Shown here piece by piece: positions 12,993 to 27,971 of a stretch of DNA of 64,000 nucleotides (position 1 is the first letter of the stretch; every line of letters starts with the position of its first letter). Location of the stretch: the NCBI GenBank assembly GCA_036172245.1, contig JAYWIR010000122.1:1-64000 (forward strand). The letters run 5' to 3'. The notes below the pieces were generated by a model that worked only from the letters and a program-made list of their open reading frames with translations, was not told the DNA's origin and searched no databases. This DNA comes from Raillietiella orientalis. Lineage: Eukaryota. Made by a program: the position numbers and the translations under genes.

Positions 12993-15900
12993 TGTACCTC
13001 TTTTCATTAAATCTTTCTTTGAGGCTTGGGGTCTGTTTCTTTTTGATGGAGTTCTTGTTGTTTTTAGAAAACCTTCAAGAATATCTTTTTGTGATTCACC
13101 ACCATTTAAAGCTGAAATACAGTTAGTTTCCTTAATGAAAACAGTGTCCTTACATGGGTAGTTCCTCCTTGCTTTGCCATCATTATGACTGGCAGTCAAT
13201 AACTGCTTTAATTGGACATCACTTTGTGGAGTTGTTTTCATCTTTGTTTGCTATTTGTACAGAAAATTATTTTCATTATGAAAAAAAAATTCTAAACATA
13301 CCTTTTCCTTTAGCAGTTTTTCTTTGTGTTGACTTATTTCTTTATTTAGGTGAAGCTGTACTTTTTCTCTTGTAGTCCTGTACTCTAGTGCAAACTCACT
13401 TATGATTTTGCATACACCTTGAATTGTATAATCTCTGTTATCAGGACTTCCAAGCCACACAAGAAATTGTCTAAATCTGATGAATTCTAAAGTTCACATC
13501 AAAGCCAAGCCACAGATGCTCTACCTTTCCTTCATACACTTAAAAATTTTTTGAAGCAGGATGATACGTTGTGCTGACTCTTGTAAGAATTTTTGCATCC
13601 TAAAACTGACAATTGCTAAATAGCTAAGAATTAATTCTTACTTTATTTTGATGCCTGATTCATGCTGAGAAATTATCTTGAGATATTCTGCTGCACATTT
13701 ACAGTCATGCTCTATGTTTAAGAGCATATTGTGCACTTCATTGAAATCGACTTTTGAAGCCCTTATCAATGGGCCTATCTAAAATAGGTGATTAATTATA
13801 TACAAGAAATGGGAATTTACTAAAATTCGTACCTCTGAGTATAAATCAGTTGTTTGTGGGTATTTCTTGGAAACTGTATAGCATACATGATAAAGTAGAG
13901 AATGTTTATGCATTGTGTCTTTAACCTCGGGAACTTTCTTCAGATAATCAATCATAAAGCCTTTTGCCTACATAGGCTTGTAACATTTTGTGATTGATCA
14001 GAATAATTTCTAACTTACCTGTGTACCATTTAAAAAATTTCCTATAGTCAATATTGTTGACAGAACAAGTTTGAACGTAAGATTTTCCTGAAGCTGTGCA
14101 AGACCAACTTTCAAATCCCATAATGGTTCCGCAATTTCCTATAGAAAAAACAAACAAACAGCATGAGAATTTTCTGAGTTTGAATCCCATTCTGTATACT
14201 TTTTCAACAATGTCGAGATCGAATTTGAAAGCCCAGAGTTTTAATCGTGCTTCTAATTCTGATATGGAAGATAGTGTCAAAAGGAATCTTTCTGCAGATC
14301 CCAAAGGAATGTCAGGATTATTAATGGAAGCTTCTAGAATTTGGTGCTTCTCTTCTTCCGTTGGCAATAGATTTAAAAGTTTCTGAAACGAGATTGCTTT
14401 ATTCTTATTCCGAGTTTTTGGATCATGTTTTACTTCGATGCTTTCCCGATTCAAAATGCTGTTATCCATTTTCAGAATTGCAGCTTTGATTGTTCTTGGT
14501 GGTGGGAGTTTGGTGATTGCTATGTTAATAGCATTGGAGCGTTTTGGATTCAATACAGTTAGTTCTTTAACTTTATTCAATTCATATTGTTTCTAAAATG
14601 CATTTTTATTATTATGAGAGGGCACTCAAAATGTTTCGTTTTTGATGGTTTGTAAACTGGTATTTTTTGATCAAAATATCAAGCAAGCAAGTTATTCCTT
14701 AAATTGAATGAAAAGTAAATTTCAACTTACTTCCTAATCAGCAGCATTGATGTAGACCATGAAAAACAAAAGTAACAATTATTACATGAATATTATTCTG
14801 TACTGATTAATAAAAATCATAAGTTGCCATTTTTATGCATTTAGTGTATAGCGTATGGTTTAGACATTTTGATGATAAGCCATACTATTGCCCTTTCTAA
14901 CTTATCTGGTACTAACAGTTGGATTTATTGTGGCAATACATATGAACCAATGCACATATATGATATCCAAAAAACGTAAAGTGTTAACAATTATCTTTGA
15001 ATACGCATTCTCGAGAACTGATGTAAAATGAGATTTTTTTTGAAACGAAAACTGTTTTCCCGAAAGCATTCTATGTGACTAATACTTTGTAAAAGTCGTT
15101 TATGTTCGGGTAAGTCAAATTTTCATTATGCAAAATGAATAAGATAGGAAGGCCCGTGCTAAGAAAAAACTGCCTTATAAAATGAAAAATGCTTGGTTTT
15201 TTAGACGAAAATTCCAGGCATTTTCAAAACACTTTTTTAAAAATTGGTAGGATGCTTGTTATTAGTTAGATGAAGCAGGCTAAATAATGCTAATCACTTT
15301 TAGGGTAATGTTCGTGTTCTCAAAGTTTTTAAATTACATTACAATATTTGTGCAAAAGTAGAATGATACCAAGTAAAAAATAATGATACAAAGATACATG
15401 GTGCCAGTGGCCTAATTGACAATTTCATTATGACAATTCGAGTAATTTTTAAGAGTAACTGATTTTAAAAAAAGTGAAGTTGATACCTTCACTGATTCTT
15501 TTCCTCTATTTTCAAACAGCTGCTCCATGATTTCGTGGTCTATTGAAACTTTTGGAAGAGAATTCCATAATGCTGATTCTGTGTGATGAATTTCATTCCA
15601 GAATAATTTTATTGTTTTTTTGTTTTTAGCAGTGTTTGTTTTCAAACAGAACTCTTCATTTAGATTCTTGTTCGTATTATGATTTTCCATCTTATGCTTC
15701 AGATTTTTAAGCACTGGAGGAGGAGGAGGGCAGTGTATGCTTAAAGGAGGTGGAGGAGGAATTGATGAATTGTTTTGCTTTGTTGGTTTGCTCACTTCCA
15801 CACTATAATTTTTGTTTTCAATTTCTAAATCTTTGAAGTCTAGGTCGCCTATCACCAGTGGTAAATTGTGAGATTCATCAATTAATCTTTCCCAGAGAAA

Positions 15901-18900
15901 TGAAAAGTCTTCTTTGGAATTATGGGTTTTATTTTTACTTTGTGTCACATCCGACTCACAATCAGTTATCTGTTTTGAAGATTGTGAAGTACAAACGTTG
16001 TTTTCTTAATACATAAAAACAGTCAGTTCTTTGGAGAAAATAGTAATTATTTGCAATAAGAAGCAATGAATAAAATAATCAGACAGTGCTTTTAGACTGA
16101 AGGTCTCCGAAGCACTTTGCAATTTTTTAAATTAACAGTATTCAAAGAGGATACCTGTTTTAATGAATCCTTGATGAAATTCAAAGGCATATTTTTGAGT
16201 TCCGTTTTTTTCCAGTCTTTTCCTAAGCCCCGGTGTGATTTCTAGTTTGCTAACTATGCAGGGGAAAAAAATTATAATATTTGAATTCCCATATGTGAAA
16301 ACAGTTCACTTCGTGATGTCGTGAAATTACTTTCCAACTCATGTACAAGTTCTATAAATGCAGATTCGTTATTTAAAAAATGCAAGTAACTGTTTGATAT
16401 TAGGCTGTTGTTTGATTTTAAAGCTATAAAACAATGCATAACTCATGTATTTATGAGGTCATGCACATAAATTAAATAATAAATGAGAGCTACTGTCATT
16501 ACAGTTAAAATCTCGTGTGCATTTAACGTTGTCAACGAGTTTCAAGTTAGGTGACATTGTGTCCGAATCTCTGAATCTGGAATTACAGATTCTACTATTG
16601 GTGTTTCGTGCACCTACCGAAGACAGTATTGTTTAGATTATTTTATTCTCATCTTATGTGTTTTTATTCATTTTTGTTTTTCTCAAATGTAATTCTGTAT
16701 TTCTTCAGTGTATACAGTGACCGAAATGAATCCTGCTGTTGATTTAAAAGTCAGATATTTTATGTTTTTGTTTCCCGGGAATTTTTTTTTTTGTTTTTGT
16801 AGAAGTGTGATCTCTCAAGTCATCAGAGATCACAAGCTCTAGATTTTCTTGAAGATATTGTAGTATAACCATGAGTCCTCCGAACTCGTATTTGAATGAG
16901 CACGTTTTCTTTGTGGCTCTGCAGTTCTGTAGCTTATGGATGGATTTTAATAGTGTAAATACAGAATTCAGCACCAGCCACAAATACACAAATGCTCAGT
17001 AAACAGTACCAGTCTTCTCTTTAGGAAAGCGCTTATTACCCAGCATCTTTGGAAGCCGTTGATTGAAGAAAGGAACGTGCATTGCTTTGCTCTCCTTCAA
17101 GAAAGTTCGCAATGGAAAAAGGATGCTTAAATGACTATACATGGTTTTAATACTTGTGAATTTTATTTATTCGTTGCTGTTCGTATGATGTTTGAGACTT
17201 TCGAATTTTATATGATTGTTTCCTAGAGTAATTTGACGCACTGTGTACTGTATACATTTGGAGGCATAGGTTAAATTACAGAAATTGTTTTTGATAATTC
17301 TGAAGTTGGATTCACAAACCTATGGAATTTTTCAGTACTTTGCTTTTTCCCCCACCGTTTATTGATGTCACTTTCTACTGTATTTCACGGAAATTAATTC
17401 GAAATTCATTAATTAGTAATCCATTTTTCTGTGCGTACGTACATGGAGCACATGCGAATGCAGAAAGAATTGTAAAAATGCTTTTAGATTCTTTGGAGTC
17501 TTAAGGAAAAAATGTTTAAGTGTGAAAATGCTTTTAACGTTATAAACGACTGTAATGTCCCATATTTGAATATTAACAAAACTAGATTTGTATGTATTTT
17601 CGAGTCTTTGTGATTCAATAGAGTAACGCTTTGTTTTGATCCCAAACTGCAAATGCATATGCATTTGCTTTTTCAGTAGCTGATTTTTTCCGGGTAATGT
17701 GGTTGAGCAGCATTTAAGAATTTGATCGATTAATCTAATTTGATTAAATTATTAATTATTAGTTTAATTTGATTGATTAATCTAGGCAATCATATTTTAC
17801 TCACATGAGTCCGCAAATAGACGCTTTCTAAAAGCCTTTTTAAAGCAGGTAGAAAATGTCTTTCCTCTTCTCGATAATAAGGAGCATCTGAAAACCATTT
17901 TGAAAAACAAAACAACAAAAAAAAAAAGGTAAAGTTCAATAAACGAAACTGACAATTTTTTTACGATGCTGTTTTGTGTTGTTTCTTACCGGATTTTTTC
18001 ATCCAAGTAGCAGATGTCTTCAGAATTCCCACTTTCAAATTTATAAATGGCATTGTACGTATAAAGCAACTCCAGAAGTTGTGCATCTGTCGTTTCGCTA
18101 TTTGAATGCCTAAATGTTAATTACAATTACAACAGCCATTTGACATTATTCACAAAATTGGAAGCTTATAAGGAACATTGTTTTAATGTACTTAAATTCG
18201 ATAATTCCAATCTAATATTTGATCCAATTGTAACAACTCTAAACATGTATTTATTTTAAATAAATACGTGTTTAGAGTTATTTTAAGTAAATATATGATT
18301 TGAAATAATATGCAATACATTTTTTTTATTCTGAAATTTCTTTACTTTGCTAAATGTATAGATTTGCTGATTTGAGTGCGTACCTCTGAATCAGTTTGTC
18401 CATACCCAGTTCTTCTAAACATTCAATCTGATTCCAGCATGTGTTTTGGTCTGGTAGGCTGATTAAGGTTTTGATTATAAGAAGCATTGCGTAGCGCTTT
18501 ATTTCCGATTCTATATCTTTGTTGCACATGATTTTCATTATTGCGGTCCATGGTCTTTCTCCTGTTGGATATTTTTTACGGATAAAATATATCACAAAAA
18601 AGTTTCTAAACAAATTGAGTAGCTGATTTTCATAAAGAAGCGTATAGCTCATTCATGAAAAATGTGTTAATTCAATGATATACGAACTCTCACCTCTCTG
18701 CGTTTCCACAGCCTGTACTGCTGTTATTAAAGTTGACGAATTAGACTCCGAATAGTCAATAAACACAAGCAGTAATTTGAGGGCACTTTTAAGAATAACT
18801 TTTTGGAATGTAGTTGTTAAAGTATATAACCATTTCACAGTTTCAATATGTGCCACAATTCCATTCATGCCATCTACGTATAACATTATTTGTCCCAATG

Positions 18901-21900
18901 CTAGAAAGGAAGATATTTATTTTGAATGAAATGTAATTAGATATTAACATTAGTCTGCTTGTAAACAGTATACACTAGTTTAGAATTTTGTTGCTTCACT
19001 TAATACTTGTAGTTCACTACTACTGAGTTACGTGACGATTCGAGTTTATGGATTACTGAGAAAACAACAGCAGTTATATACGCTAAAGTACGCAAAACGC
19101 GCTTTAGTGGAGGGGAGATTTTCGACTGTACATGCCGGGCGATACTATTTGAGAGTAATTTCTCTTCTGTGAGCTAAAGTTTGGCTTGGTCTTCTTGACT
19201 AACAGACGAACAAACAGGCGGATAGTACAGATGAAGGTATATAAGAAAGCTCGTACAATTATTTTAAATAATGCGTTCAAGAGTACTATTTTAAGAAAAA
19301 AGCAATATAATAGAAAAGTTTGCACATAAACTCCCCACACCTGTCAAACATATCGAGAATTTTCCTGAAACCAGACAATATCACATGGGAACAATTAGCA
19401 GGATTAGTAGGAAGCATAAAAAATGCACGACTATTAGGTGTTTCCACCTTTAATCTGAGAGCATTCGGCAACTGCTGAACTAGCATAACTTCCTTATTTC
19501 ATAGTGCCAGTGGTGGAACCGCAAGGAATTTTGTTACAATACCCAGAAGAATGCAACTTCATTAGAAGAATTGTTTCATTCGTCATTTTAAATTTCGCTT
19601 CCTGCATAAAAGTCATTTGCAGTATTATGTAATCGGTATTTTAGAAGTCAGCAAGTGATTTTGCATATTTGTTATTTACAAACCTTGTTTTTCGTGCTTT
19701 GCTGTTTCATTACTGTTTTTACAGTGTATCTGGATAAATGTTAAGATGCAAATGTTTTCGCAGCATTAACCAATTGAATGAAAATGTATTTACTGGTTAA
19801 TTTATTGATGATAATAAAATCAGTGGTTACTGTCTTGATGAAAAACTTGTAATTATCGGTGGCAAACTTAGTGGATTCCTGATAAACATAGGAAAGCAGA
19901 TGCCAAGTAGTTGAATAAAATTTTCACGAGATGGGTGCTAGTTAAATCGAGTATTCTGCACCTTAAGATCGTTCACAAGGATCCATAAATTGTTGGAAAT
20001 TCTAAAACGATAGGATTCAAATTTATGGTAAAAAAATTAGTTTGAAGTGATGGCAATGAGTATGTAATCACATCTTTGGGGACATTTAAACTGAAGCGGG
20101 TTTTTAAGAAGCACATTAATTAGCTTTAGTTGGATCCGCTAGTAGTCTTTCACGTAGAAAATAGTTTGTCATAAACATTTATAATTGGAACTTCACTTTA
20201 AAGTATCTTAAGCCACATATTTGTTTCCTGGTAATTAGGCTGCCAAATTCATGCTTATCTTATAGTCAAGCGTAGTTTTCTTCTCTCCTAGAGACCATTG
20301 CTTTATGATGATGATCGCATTTTTTGTGTGTTTTTTGCCTTTTCGACACAAAGATGAATCACATACTTGGGTAATTATGAATTATGGAAAAGCAATCAGT
20401 ACATTCTCAATCCAAAAACATTTAAACAACAAAGATTAAAATTCCCATTAAGAAAAAGTCTTGAATTGAGGTAGAATGTTTAGTTTTCATGCACCTAAAT
20501 GTATTTGCACTTTCTAAGTCTTCCAGAAGGTATTCTGCTCACGGAAGTTTAAAAGCTTATAACTTTTATGAAGATCTTGTTTGGCTTGCTATTTTTTCCC
20601 ATAATATATTCCAAGAGAAGAATGTAAAAGGAGCTTGCAAAGTTTGGAAAATAATTAATCGTAAATATATCATAAAGTATGCGCTATCATAAAGTGCTCA
20701 TTGATTGTAAGGTAAGGGGAACTTGTGTGCGTTCGCTCACTCCATCTCCCCTACTTTCGAGAGGATCGTGAAGTCACATAAATTTAGTTGTACACGGTGT
20801 GCTGAAAACACATACCCTATTTGAAGTTTGATGGAAGTAGTCATACTTTTCTGACCGCAGTTATAACTAATGATGAAATGTGGCTCTGTTTTTGCTTCCT
20901 TGAAACACAAGCGCCTCCCTCGTGTTGCCTCTTAAAAACTTCAATTAACAAGCCACTATCTTGAAAGTTACTAATTTGAGGGATTACAAAGTTCATGTTT
21001 ATCCGCTCTGGGTACTCGTGGAACACGTTAACTGTTAGAAATCCAGAACTTCACGAGAACACCTATAAACAATCCATAAAGACAGTTTCGATATTACAAG
21101 GAATAAACTACCGATTAATGACGTGTTCATCACACTGCGGTTCCCCCTATTTCTATACGTTTCACGATACTCTACAGCTTAATCTTTGCTCTCGAGCGAA
21201 AGATTATAGGTCTTCGAATAGGTCTTTTGGATGTCTGAAAAATCATATCCTCAACTTTTTTAGTAAACAATCTCAAGAAAGAGACAGCAGACTGATCTTG
21301 AAGTAGGCAATGTGATAATTCGCTGCTTTCCTGATGCAGATTCGTATGGGCAAACAAGTAAAGTAGAGAGGTGTTAAGAAGTAGGGCTTGTATTAGGGAA
21401 TGCATTTGCGAAGTTTCATTAGATTCCAATCAGTAATTATTTTATTACTTTGTCATTTAATGTCATTCATAATACCTTTTGCCAGCACTTGCCTGCGTGA
21501 ACTTTCGTGGAAATATTGCAAATGCCTTTTTATTCGGATTTGGTTTGCTATCTCATGAAACCTTTCAGTTTTCTAATCTTGTAATTTAATGCGAGACCTG
21601 TAATTGTTTTGAATATCCTTTTTATACTTTGATGTTTCCAAAAGTGGGCTCTGATATTTGTTGAAGACTTGAGTTGTATACAGAATTGTTTTATTGTCTC
21701 TGATTAATGATCGTGGGATTAAAGAGGATTTCCCTATATAATTCCGAGTGGCTATAACTATTGTGGACGCAGTAGTTGTTTTTAATTAAGAATATTCTAT
21801 TTAATTGCTAATTATGATAAGAGTTTTAATGGATCATCCAGGAAGATTTACAAATCTTTAAACTTTTAAAGAGAATGATCAGCACCTCTAGGATGGGAGC

Positions 21901-24900
21901 AGAGACAAGTATATGTTTTTTTCTCAATAGCTATAAGTGATTAGTTTTTTAAACTATTGTAATAAAAATTGTTAACAGCTTGCAGTTGCTTAGAAAGAAT
22001 TAGAGCTCATGATAATAAGCACTTCTGAATTTGAAATCTCAAAAATTCATTTTCTTTTACCTCTCAGTAGGTAGTTCTGATAGATAGGCTCGGCAATCAA
22101 TCCAATTTTAACCATAGGTTCTAAACCTCCTTTTTGCACAAATTCTGGTATTACTCCTTGATCATCCTTTACCGGAAAAAAAACAACACAAACCGCATGA
22201 CTGGAATTGCATGTGAATTCACAGGTGCATTTTTTCTATAATTTTGTTAGTTTTCTTTATAATGTCCTGTCAGTATCTGTAGTTCAGTACTAAATGTTAA
22301 ATCGGTAAATGTTGTAGATTTAGAAGAAATATCCATCAAGTAAACCTACAAGTATTCTACAATTCATCGCTCACATTACAAAGTAATACTTTTATAGTAC
22401 ATCATAAAATAAATTCATACACGGTCTTCGTTCGGATTTATTGGTAATAGTATTTGAGAATTCTAATGCAAATAGAATTTCAAACACATTCCTGACTTCT
22501 GTTACGAAGTTATGAGCGTCTTCCAACTACGAACATTATAGGAAAACTGAGAACCAAGACAAATGAATATACTGATCATTATACTTAATCGTCTCTCAGT
22601 AACACAATAGAAATTATGTTCTGCATGCACACTATCTAGAAATAAGAAAGCAGTTTATAATTTGATTTAAATTTTGATTCATTTGCTGAAAATTCGTTGC
22701 TAGCATTAAATAGAACAAACAGTCCCTTTTGATCTTGGACTGTTTGAAGCACAATAAACCTGGTACCTGGTAAGTAACACGATGAGCAGATTGTGAAGGT
22801 TCATTCAATCAGTCAATTTAGTTGTTACTCAAAAAATGTTCTAAACCTCTACTAGTTTACGGGATGCACTTTCTTTTTCTGTTCCACATACTGTTTGAAC
22901 AGTATATAGCACTGAACTAAATAAAAGCTAAAGTCAAAATAGTTTCCAATATAGTTCCTGATGGGCACATTAGAGTGATAAACCGATCAACCACGGAGTT
23001 TTCAGTTAAAACATCTCTGACTTCTTAAAGTTGACAGACCGATTAACTAGAGATCATGTGATCTATGCAGTTTTTTCTGAACTCTAAATGCTCTCCAGAA
23101 TGTTTACTTTTAAAGAGCCTTTTCATAACGTGACTGTTTCCATATTTGAATAGCTAAAGCAAAATCTTTAATGTGTTAGTTAATTAAATTAGCATCCTAT
23201 ATGCATTTATAATTCATTTATCGTTTCTGATTCTCGCTGTTGAGCTATCTGTCGATTACTTTTATTAATTTAAAGTAAACGCATAATAATGGCAGAAGGA
23301 AAGAAACTTCGTGGTTTTCTTTTGAAACTAAGAAAATCCGAGTTTTCCAAAGTCCAACTGATGTGGATCATATGGAGTTTTTAAGCTTTTCTAAAGTTTG
23401 TTGATAGCCATCAGTTGCCCTATCTGTTCCTTATGTTTGATGTTCCAGAACTCGAACCTCAAATACTGAAAGTACCGTACATGAAAGGGAGCTTGATTCC
23501 TAATATGCAAATTAACATCAAATTCTGTCCTTCTATTTGTAAAATCACGTTGCATTCGATTCATTGATGTGTATAAATTATCTTGATATAACTGGGCTAT
23601 CCTGAATGTCTGAAGTGGCCGATTCTTTATACTTGGAGAAGTCACGACGACTCCAGCTTTTCGTAACACGTTGAGCTTTCGAAATTCAGGTAAGTTTAAC
23701 TCCGATGTTTCTTTGTTTGGTTTAGAAAAATTGTAATTCATTGTAAAACGTTCACTTCCGTAATAACAGTTCTGTTGAATCGCTAGGGTTTCTGCATTTA
23801 TCATCTGAGTTTTACAGGACTGGAACTTCATGTTTGTTCCTAATTAGGCTTAATTCTGAAAGAGTTTTTTCTCGGCAGTATACATTCTTTAACATCTACA
23901 TCTTCAGTGCTTGTAGTTCTACTTTCATCAAAATTTGTAGTTCTCTCATTTACTTAATGTCTTTGTGTATTTATCCGTATCTTTTCATGTAATGTGTTAT
24001 ATCGCTGCATGCAGCTATAATCATTGCAGTGTTGAATTTGAAGGATTTTTTTTCTTCTCATAAATTCTGGAAGATTTCTTTGAAATGGTAATATATCTTT
24101 CAATTACTTGGACTAGTTTCTTAGACCGTGTCTACTTACGTTGTACGACTTGAAAATGAATGAGCGAACACACGCATTGGATAGCCATGTGAGTTCAAGT
24201 ACTTTCAAATACTTACGAAACAGTTTTTGTTTACTAAAATTCCGGCAGACTTCATTTGCATTCCATTGAAAATCTGGAACTCAATCTGGAAGCTTACTCG
24301 ACTACTGATTCCAGAGAACTTGTTTTCTAATTGCACATGCGTCGTTAATGAACTTCCACAGTCCCCCCCCCCTCCCCCTCCTCCTCTCAGTGAATGCGAA
24401 GTTGGTGGGTGCTGTGATAACAAACAAGACGGCAAAATGCGACTTGGATTCAGGTGATAAAAAACATAATGAAATGAAATTAGTGCCGCAAATGGTTTTT
24501 TGTATAGATGAGCCATTTTCATATGGAATTTCAGAGTATGGTACTTTCGAATTTTGACTTTTATCCATATCTTCAGAATAATGAGATTTGAAAAATATAG
24601 TATTCTGAAGAAGGTTCACTTTGATATACATTTAAATGTGGTGCTACTCTCTCGAACTATGCATTCTCTTTTCACCATTTGGCACACGGTCCAGAATTCG
24701 AGTTCATTAATCTGGAACTGACAAAGTTCTTGCTGATTTATGTAGTCTTTTGTGTGTCTTTACAGGTTTTTCCATTTCCTTCAACATGGTTACAGATTGA
24801 TTAACAACTTGCAATCTTGGCTTAAGGAGCACTTTAAAAAAAAAAAAAAAAAGGGAAAGGAACTAGCTGAACTATTCCGGTTGTGGATGATTCTCGATTT

Positions 24901-25391
24901 TAAATTGAAAGCAGAGTCGCTTCCTTTTTAAAAGATGCTTACAAAATTTTTGTGCTTTTTTATCTTTCGGAACTTCACCATGAATACTTTGCGAATCATA
25001 TCACGCAATGCCGATTCCTTATTTTAAGTAAATGACGCAACCAGAACTCGACTAATTACTGCTGCTTTGTAAGTGCATTTCACATTTTATTTCGTGCTGT
25101 GATTTTTCCCCAGAAAATAACCCATTCTAAAAGTTCGTTCCTACCTTAAATATTTGTTTCAGAGAGAATAGGAGGTAATGTAATTCTCCGTTACTTGCGT
25201 TTTCTAGTTTACCTACAATAATTTGAAAAGTATGAGCTTTTTCATTTTTCCATGTAAAGTATGAAATTAAAATATAAAGTAAGCAAAGCATAGAAAAAGG
25301 GTTAACCCAAATCATACCTTACGTACCAATAATGGTTTGGACTTTTGTTGAAACTGATCCTTGATGTACTTCAGCAAAGCAATTCGGAAAT
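12990..25391 (-). CDS. FHOD: FHOD/Fhos-family formin (FH3-FH1-FH2); 5' end and middle exons unresolved
   Basis: FH3 exons 25327-25391, 25145-25212 ([22 protein letters not shown]), 22061-22166 ([15 protein letters not shown]...YQNYLLR), ~18692-18900 ([12 protein letters not shown]...[15 protein letters not shown]) and ~18384-18562. FH1 polyprolines are at ~15720-15760, followed by [12 protein letters not shown]2 exons at 13302-14590 encode [54 protein letters not shown] and [13 protein letters not shown]. The last exon is 12990-13250. Confidence 0.88.
20840..21430 (-). mobile_element. Highly decayed LINE (RTE-like) reverse transcriptase relic
   Basis: Broken translations LHQESSEL..., IEIGEPQCD...[10 protein letters not shown] and QDSGLLI loosely follow the RTE RT motif order (EK..EY, GVRQGD..SP.LF, VGL.IN). 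Weak. Confidence 0.3.
22560..23830 (-). mobile_element. Decayed Ty3/gypsy pol fragment (RT to RNase H) in a formin intron
   Basis: [13 protein letters not shown]...EQIGQLM, then [11 protein letters not shown] (resembling RFCVDYRKLN), and downstream [14 protein letters not shown]...LLSYF*IV (resembling IAYASR.LS..E..Y...ELLAV.W). Many stops. Confidence 0.45.
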
Positions 25392-26419
25392 CTGCAAGTT
25401 TCAAAGATTGTTTTATTATATTGAATCTTAATGCTTCTTAAATAGTAATTCACCATGATCAAATACAAGGCATCTTAGCTCACATCTTATACGAAATATG
25501 CAAACTGATAACCAAGGTATTTCTTGTTTACCTGCTTTTCGAAATGAGCTGTCATTTTTGGAGAGAGAGAGGGAAAAGAAATACATGAACACAAGTCTTG
25601 TTTGCACAGCAAAGTCTTTCGAAACGCATTGTGTGACTGTGTATAGATCTTTGAAAATGAGGAGGGAAGCGCATACGCTAATCCATGTGTTGTAGATAAT
25701 CGGCCTTTAAAATAAGAAAGGTAGGAGAATACTTAAAACAAAAAATAGGTCTTACCAGCCGTCATATGCAGATGGGTAAACGATGGTATGCATGAAAGTA
25801 GCCAAGCAGTGCGAGATGATTCAAGCCTATAACGTTGACAAGTGAACACACAAATATAGCTCACGCAGGGTGAAATTGATTAGAACAGCTCGATCCTCTA
25901 ATTCCAAACATCTTACAATTATGTCCACGTCTCTTAGGTATCAAGATGCTTCAGTTAAACAAGTACACAATCAAAAACTTCTTTGTGTGTTCACTACTGA
26001 GATCAATTAAGATATGCACAATTTAATACTTCAGCTGTATCGCTTAATAGTAGAAGACAATCTTGATGCTGGATATGGGGAATTTGCAGGCAGCAGCGTT
26101 TTTTTTTGTGGGGCTCTCGAGGCGTTTTTGTAATTGTGATTAAATTCCTTACTATGAGGATCGCTGATGTAAATCTACTACTTCATTCGTTTAAAAGTAA
26201 ATGCTGAAAATTCGTTGTTTGCTTTCTAACGAAGAGCTTTTTCGGTTATACAGCGTTTTCTGATTGCACAGGAGTTCGTTTTGAAGAGTGCTAGAGGTGT
26301 AGAGGCACGTGTAAGAAGTGCACTTTGCTTAGTGAGCTTTTCCTATTTCAGAATCTCAAAAATAATGTTTCCAATCTGTATAAATAATGTTCTCTTAAAA
26401 TGTCAAGTGTTAGTAGCCA

Positions 26420-27971
26420 GAAGAAAAGAAAATTTTACTAGAAGCAACAGGAAGTTTAAGTCGTCTTGGATTAAGAATTTTTCTTCATAGAAGCAAATGG
26501 GATGCTTAATTCACGGTGAATCTACTGTAGCTATGAGGAAACGTAACGCGGATCGATTATAAAAACGAAAGGAGTCTGAAAATCTTACTGGTGAAGCTCG
26601 AAAATAAGGAAGTGTTTGGCTTGAAAGGAACTCTGGAACTGTAGCAGCGATTAATGGCAAAATCTTGAATTGAAACAAGATCGTGTGTGCAACAAACTAA
26701 TAGGACAAGCCATCTTTGAGCAGTGCAAATATTTCTTTTTTCTTCTCTTTGTTATTTGACGGTACAACTAGTGTGTCAAGTACAGCTCAGGTGTCCATTT
26801 TTATAGGAGGAGTGGACAAGGAAATGAATGTTTTTGAGAACTTTTGCCAATTCCAATTCAAGGTGCTGCCACAAGAAAAGGCATGTTCAAGGAAGTGTAG
26901 CTAGTATTACTAAAATTTAACTTGCCACATGAAAAGCTTCTGCGTATACCTAGAGATGGATCTTCGCCAACGATTGGGAAAGCAATGATCTTGTAGAGTT
27001 ATTGGAAATGGAAGTTTAGCGGCTCCAATCCGGAAAGTTTGGTGTTCTGCCACTATATCAAACACCAAAGATATATTTGTATGCAATGCTTCACTAATGA
27101 TTCAGTGGTAACTAAGTATGCAAATTTATTATAAACCTGAACAGTTATCACGTCTCATCTGAACTGGAGGCAGAATACGAATCACTTCTGCATTATTTCC
27201 GTGTTTAGTGACCGATTGAAGGCACTTATAAGAGGCAGTTCTAGGAACTGAAAGAAGGGGTTGATGTATATGAAGGTTAATTGGGTCCTGAAATGAAAAG
27301 AATGAATGGCTCTATGATCTAGTATTTCTCTTGAAAATCTCTAGTCATTTAACAGAATAGACACCAAACTTCGGGGTCCTTTTTAGTTGATCAATCGCTC
27401 TATTGCGATGTACTGCTTTGCAAGTAAAAACTGAAATTACATGGAAACCAAATGCCTAACTACCTAAGACATTTCACCACACTGAAGTGAATGAATCTAT
27501 TGTGAAATATGGGAAGAAATATCGAAAGTTTAGAGGATTTTTGCAGTAATAACCCATTACGGTTAACATCAATTATTTTTTACTTCATCCTCATACAACC
27601 AGGAGTAGTTACTTCCAATTTTCGACTTGACATAATTGGTCTGATCACTTGATATCACTTGGAGCTAATTCAGTTCACCTCTACTAAAGGCATTTTATAA
27701 GGCCTGTGTTTCTGTAGAAAAAATCCTTTTATAAAAGCCGACGCCTCAAAAATGCATGTGCTCTGTTTAAAACTACACACTGGTGTAGAGGGTTTTTTTT
27801 AAAAAAAAAAAAAAAATACCATGATGAAAGTTAAAAATGATCATTCAAGCAAAAAAAGGGGTAGCTTCGAGAAAAACCTTCACAGCCAGCTCCGCACTGC
27901 TGATTCACAATCTAGTGTACAGAAGTACAGAGAAGCTTGTTCGAGGGAATTCAACATAGAAGTCTCATTAA
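26420..27971 (+). mobile_element. Decayed hAT transposase, GTF2IRD2/SPIN/Charlie-like
   Basis: Collinear motifs across frameshifts: RKFKSSW; FSLLFDGTTSVSSTAQVSIFIGGVD (FSLALDESTD...AQL.IFIRGVD); KLLRIPRDGSSPTIGK (TDGAPAMIG); HYIKHQ (HCIIHQ); ELEAEYESLLHY; EWLYDLVFL...SHL; FKTTHWC (FGSTY.CE); ends in SH* at 27971. Confidence 0.8.

Noticed and set aside
24205..24631. Overlapping ORFs with poly-Pro/poly-Gly, suggestive of a formin FH1 exon
   Set aside because: The poly-Pro is on the strand opposite the formin and comes from a C-rich tract.
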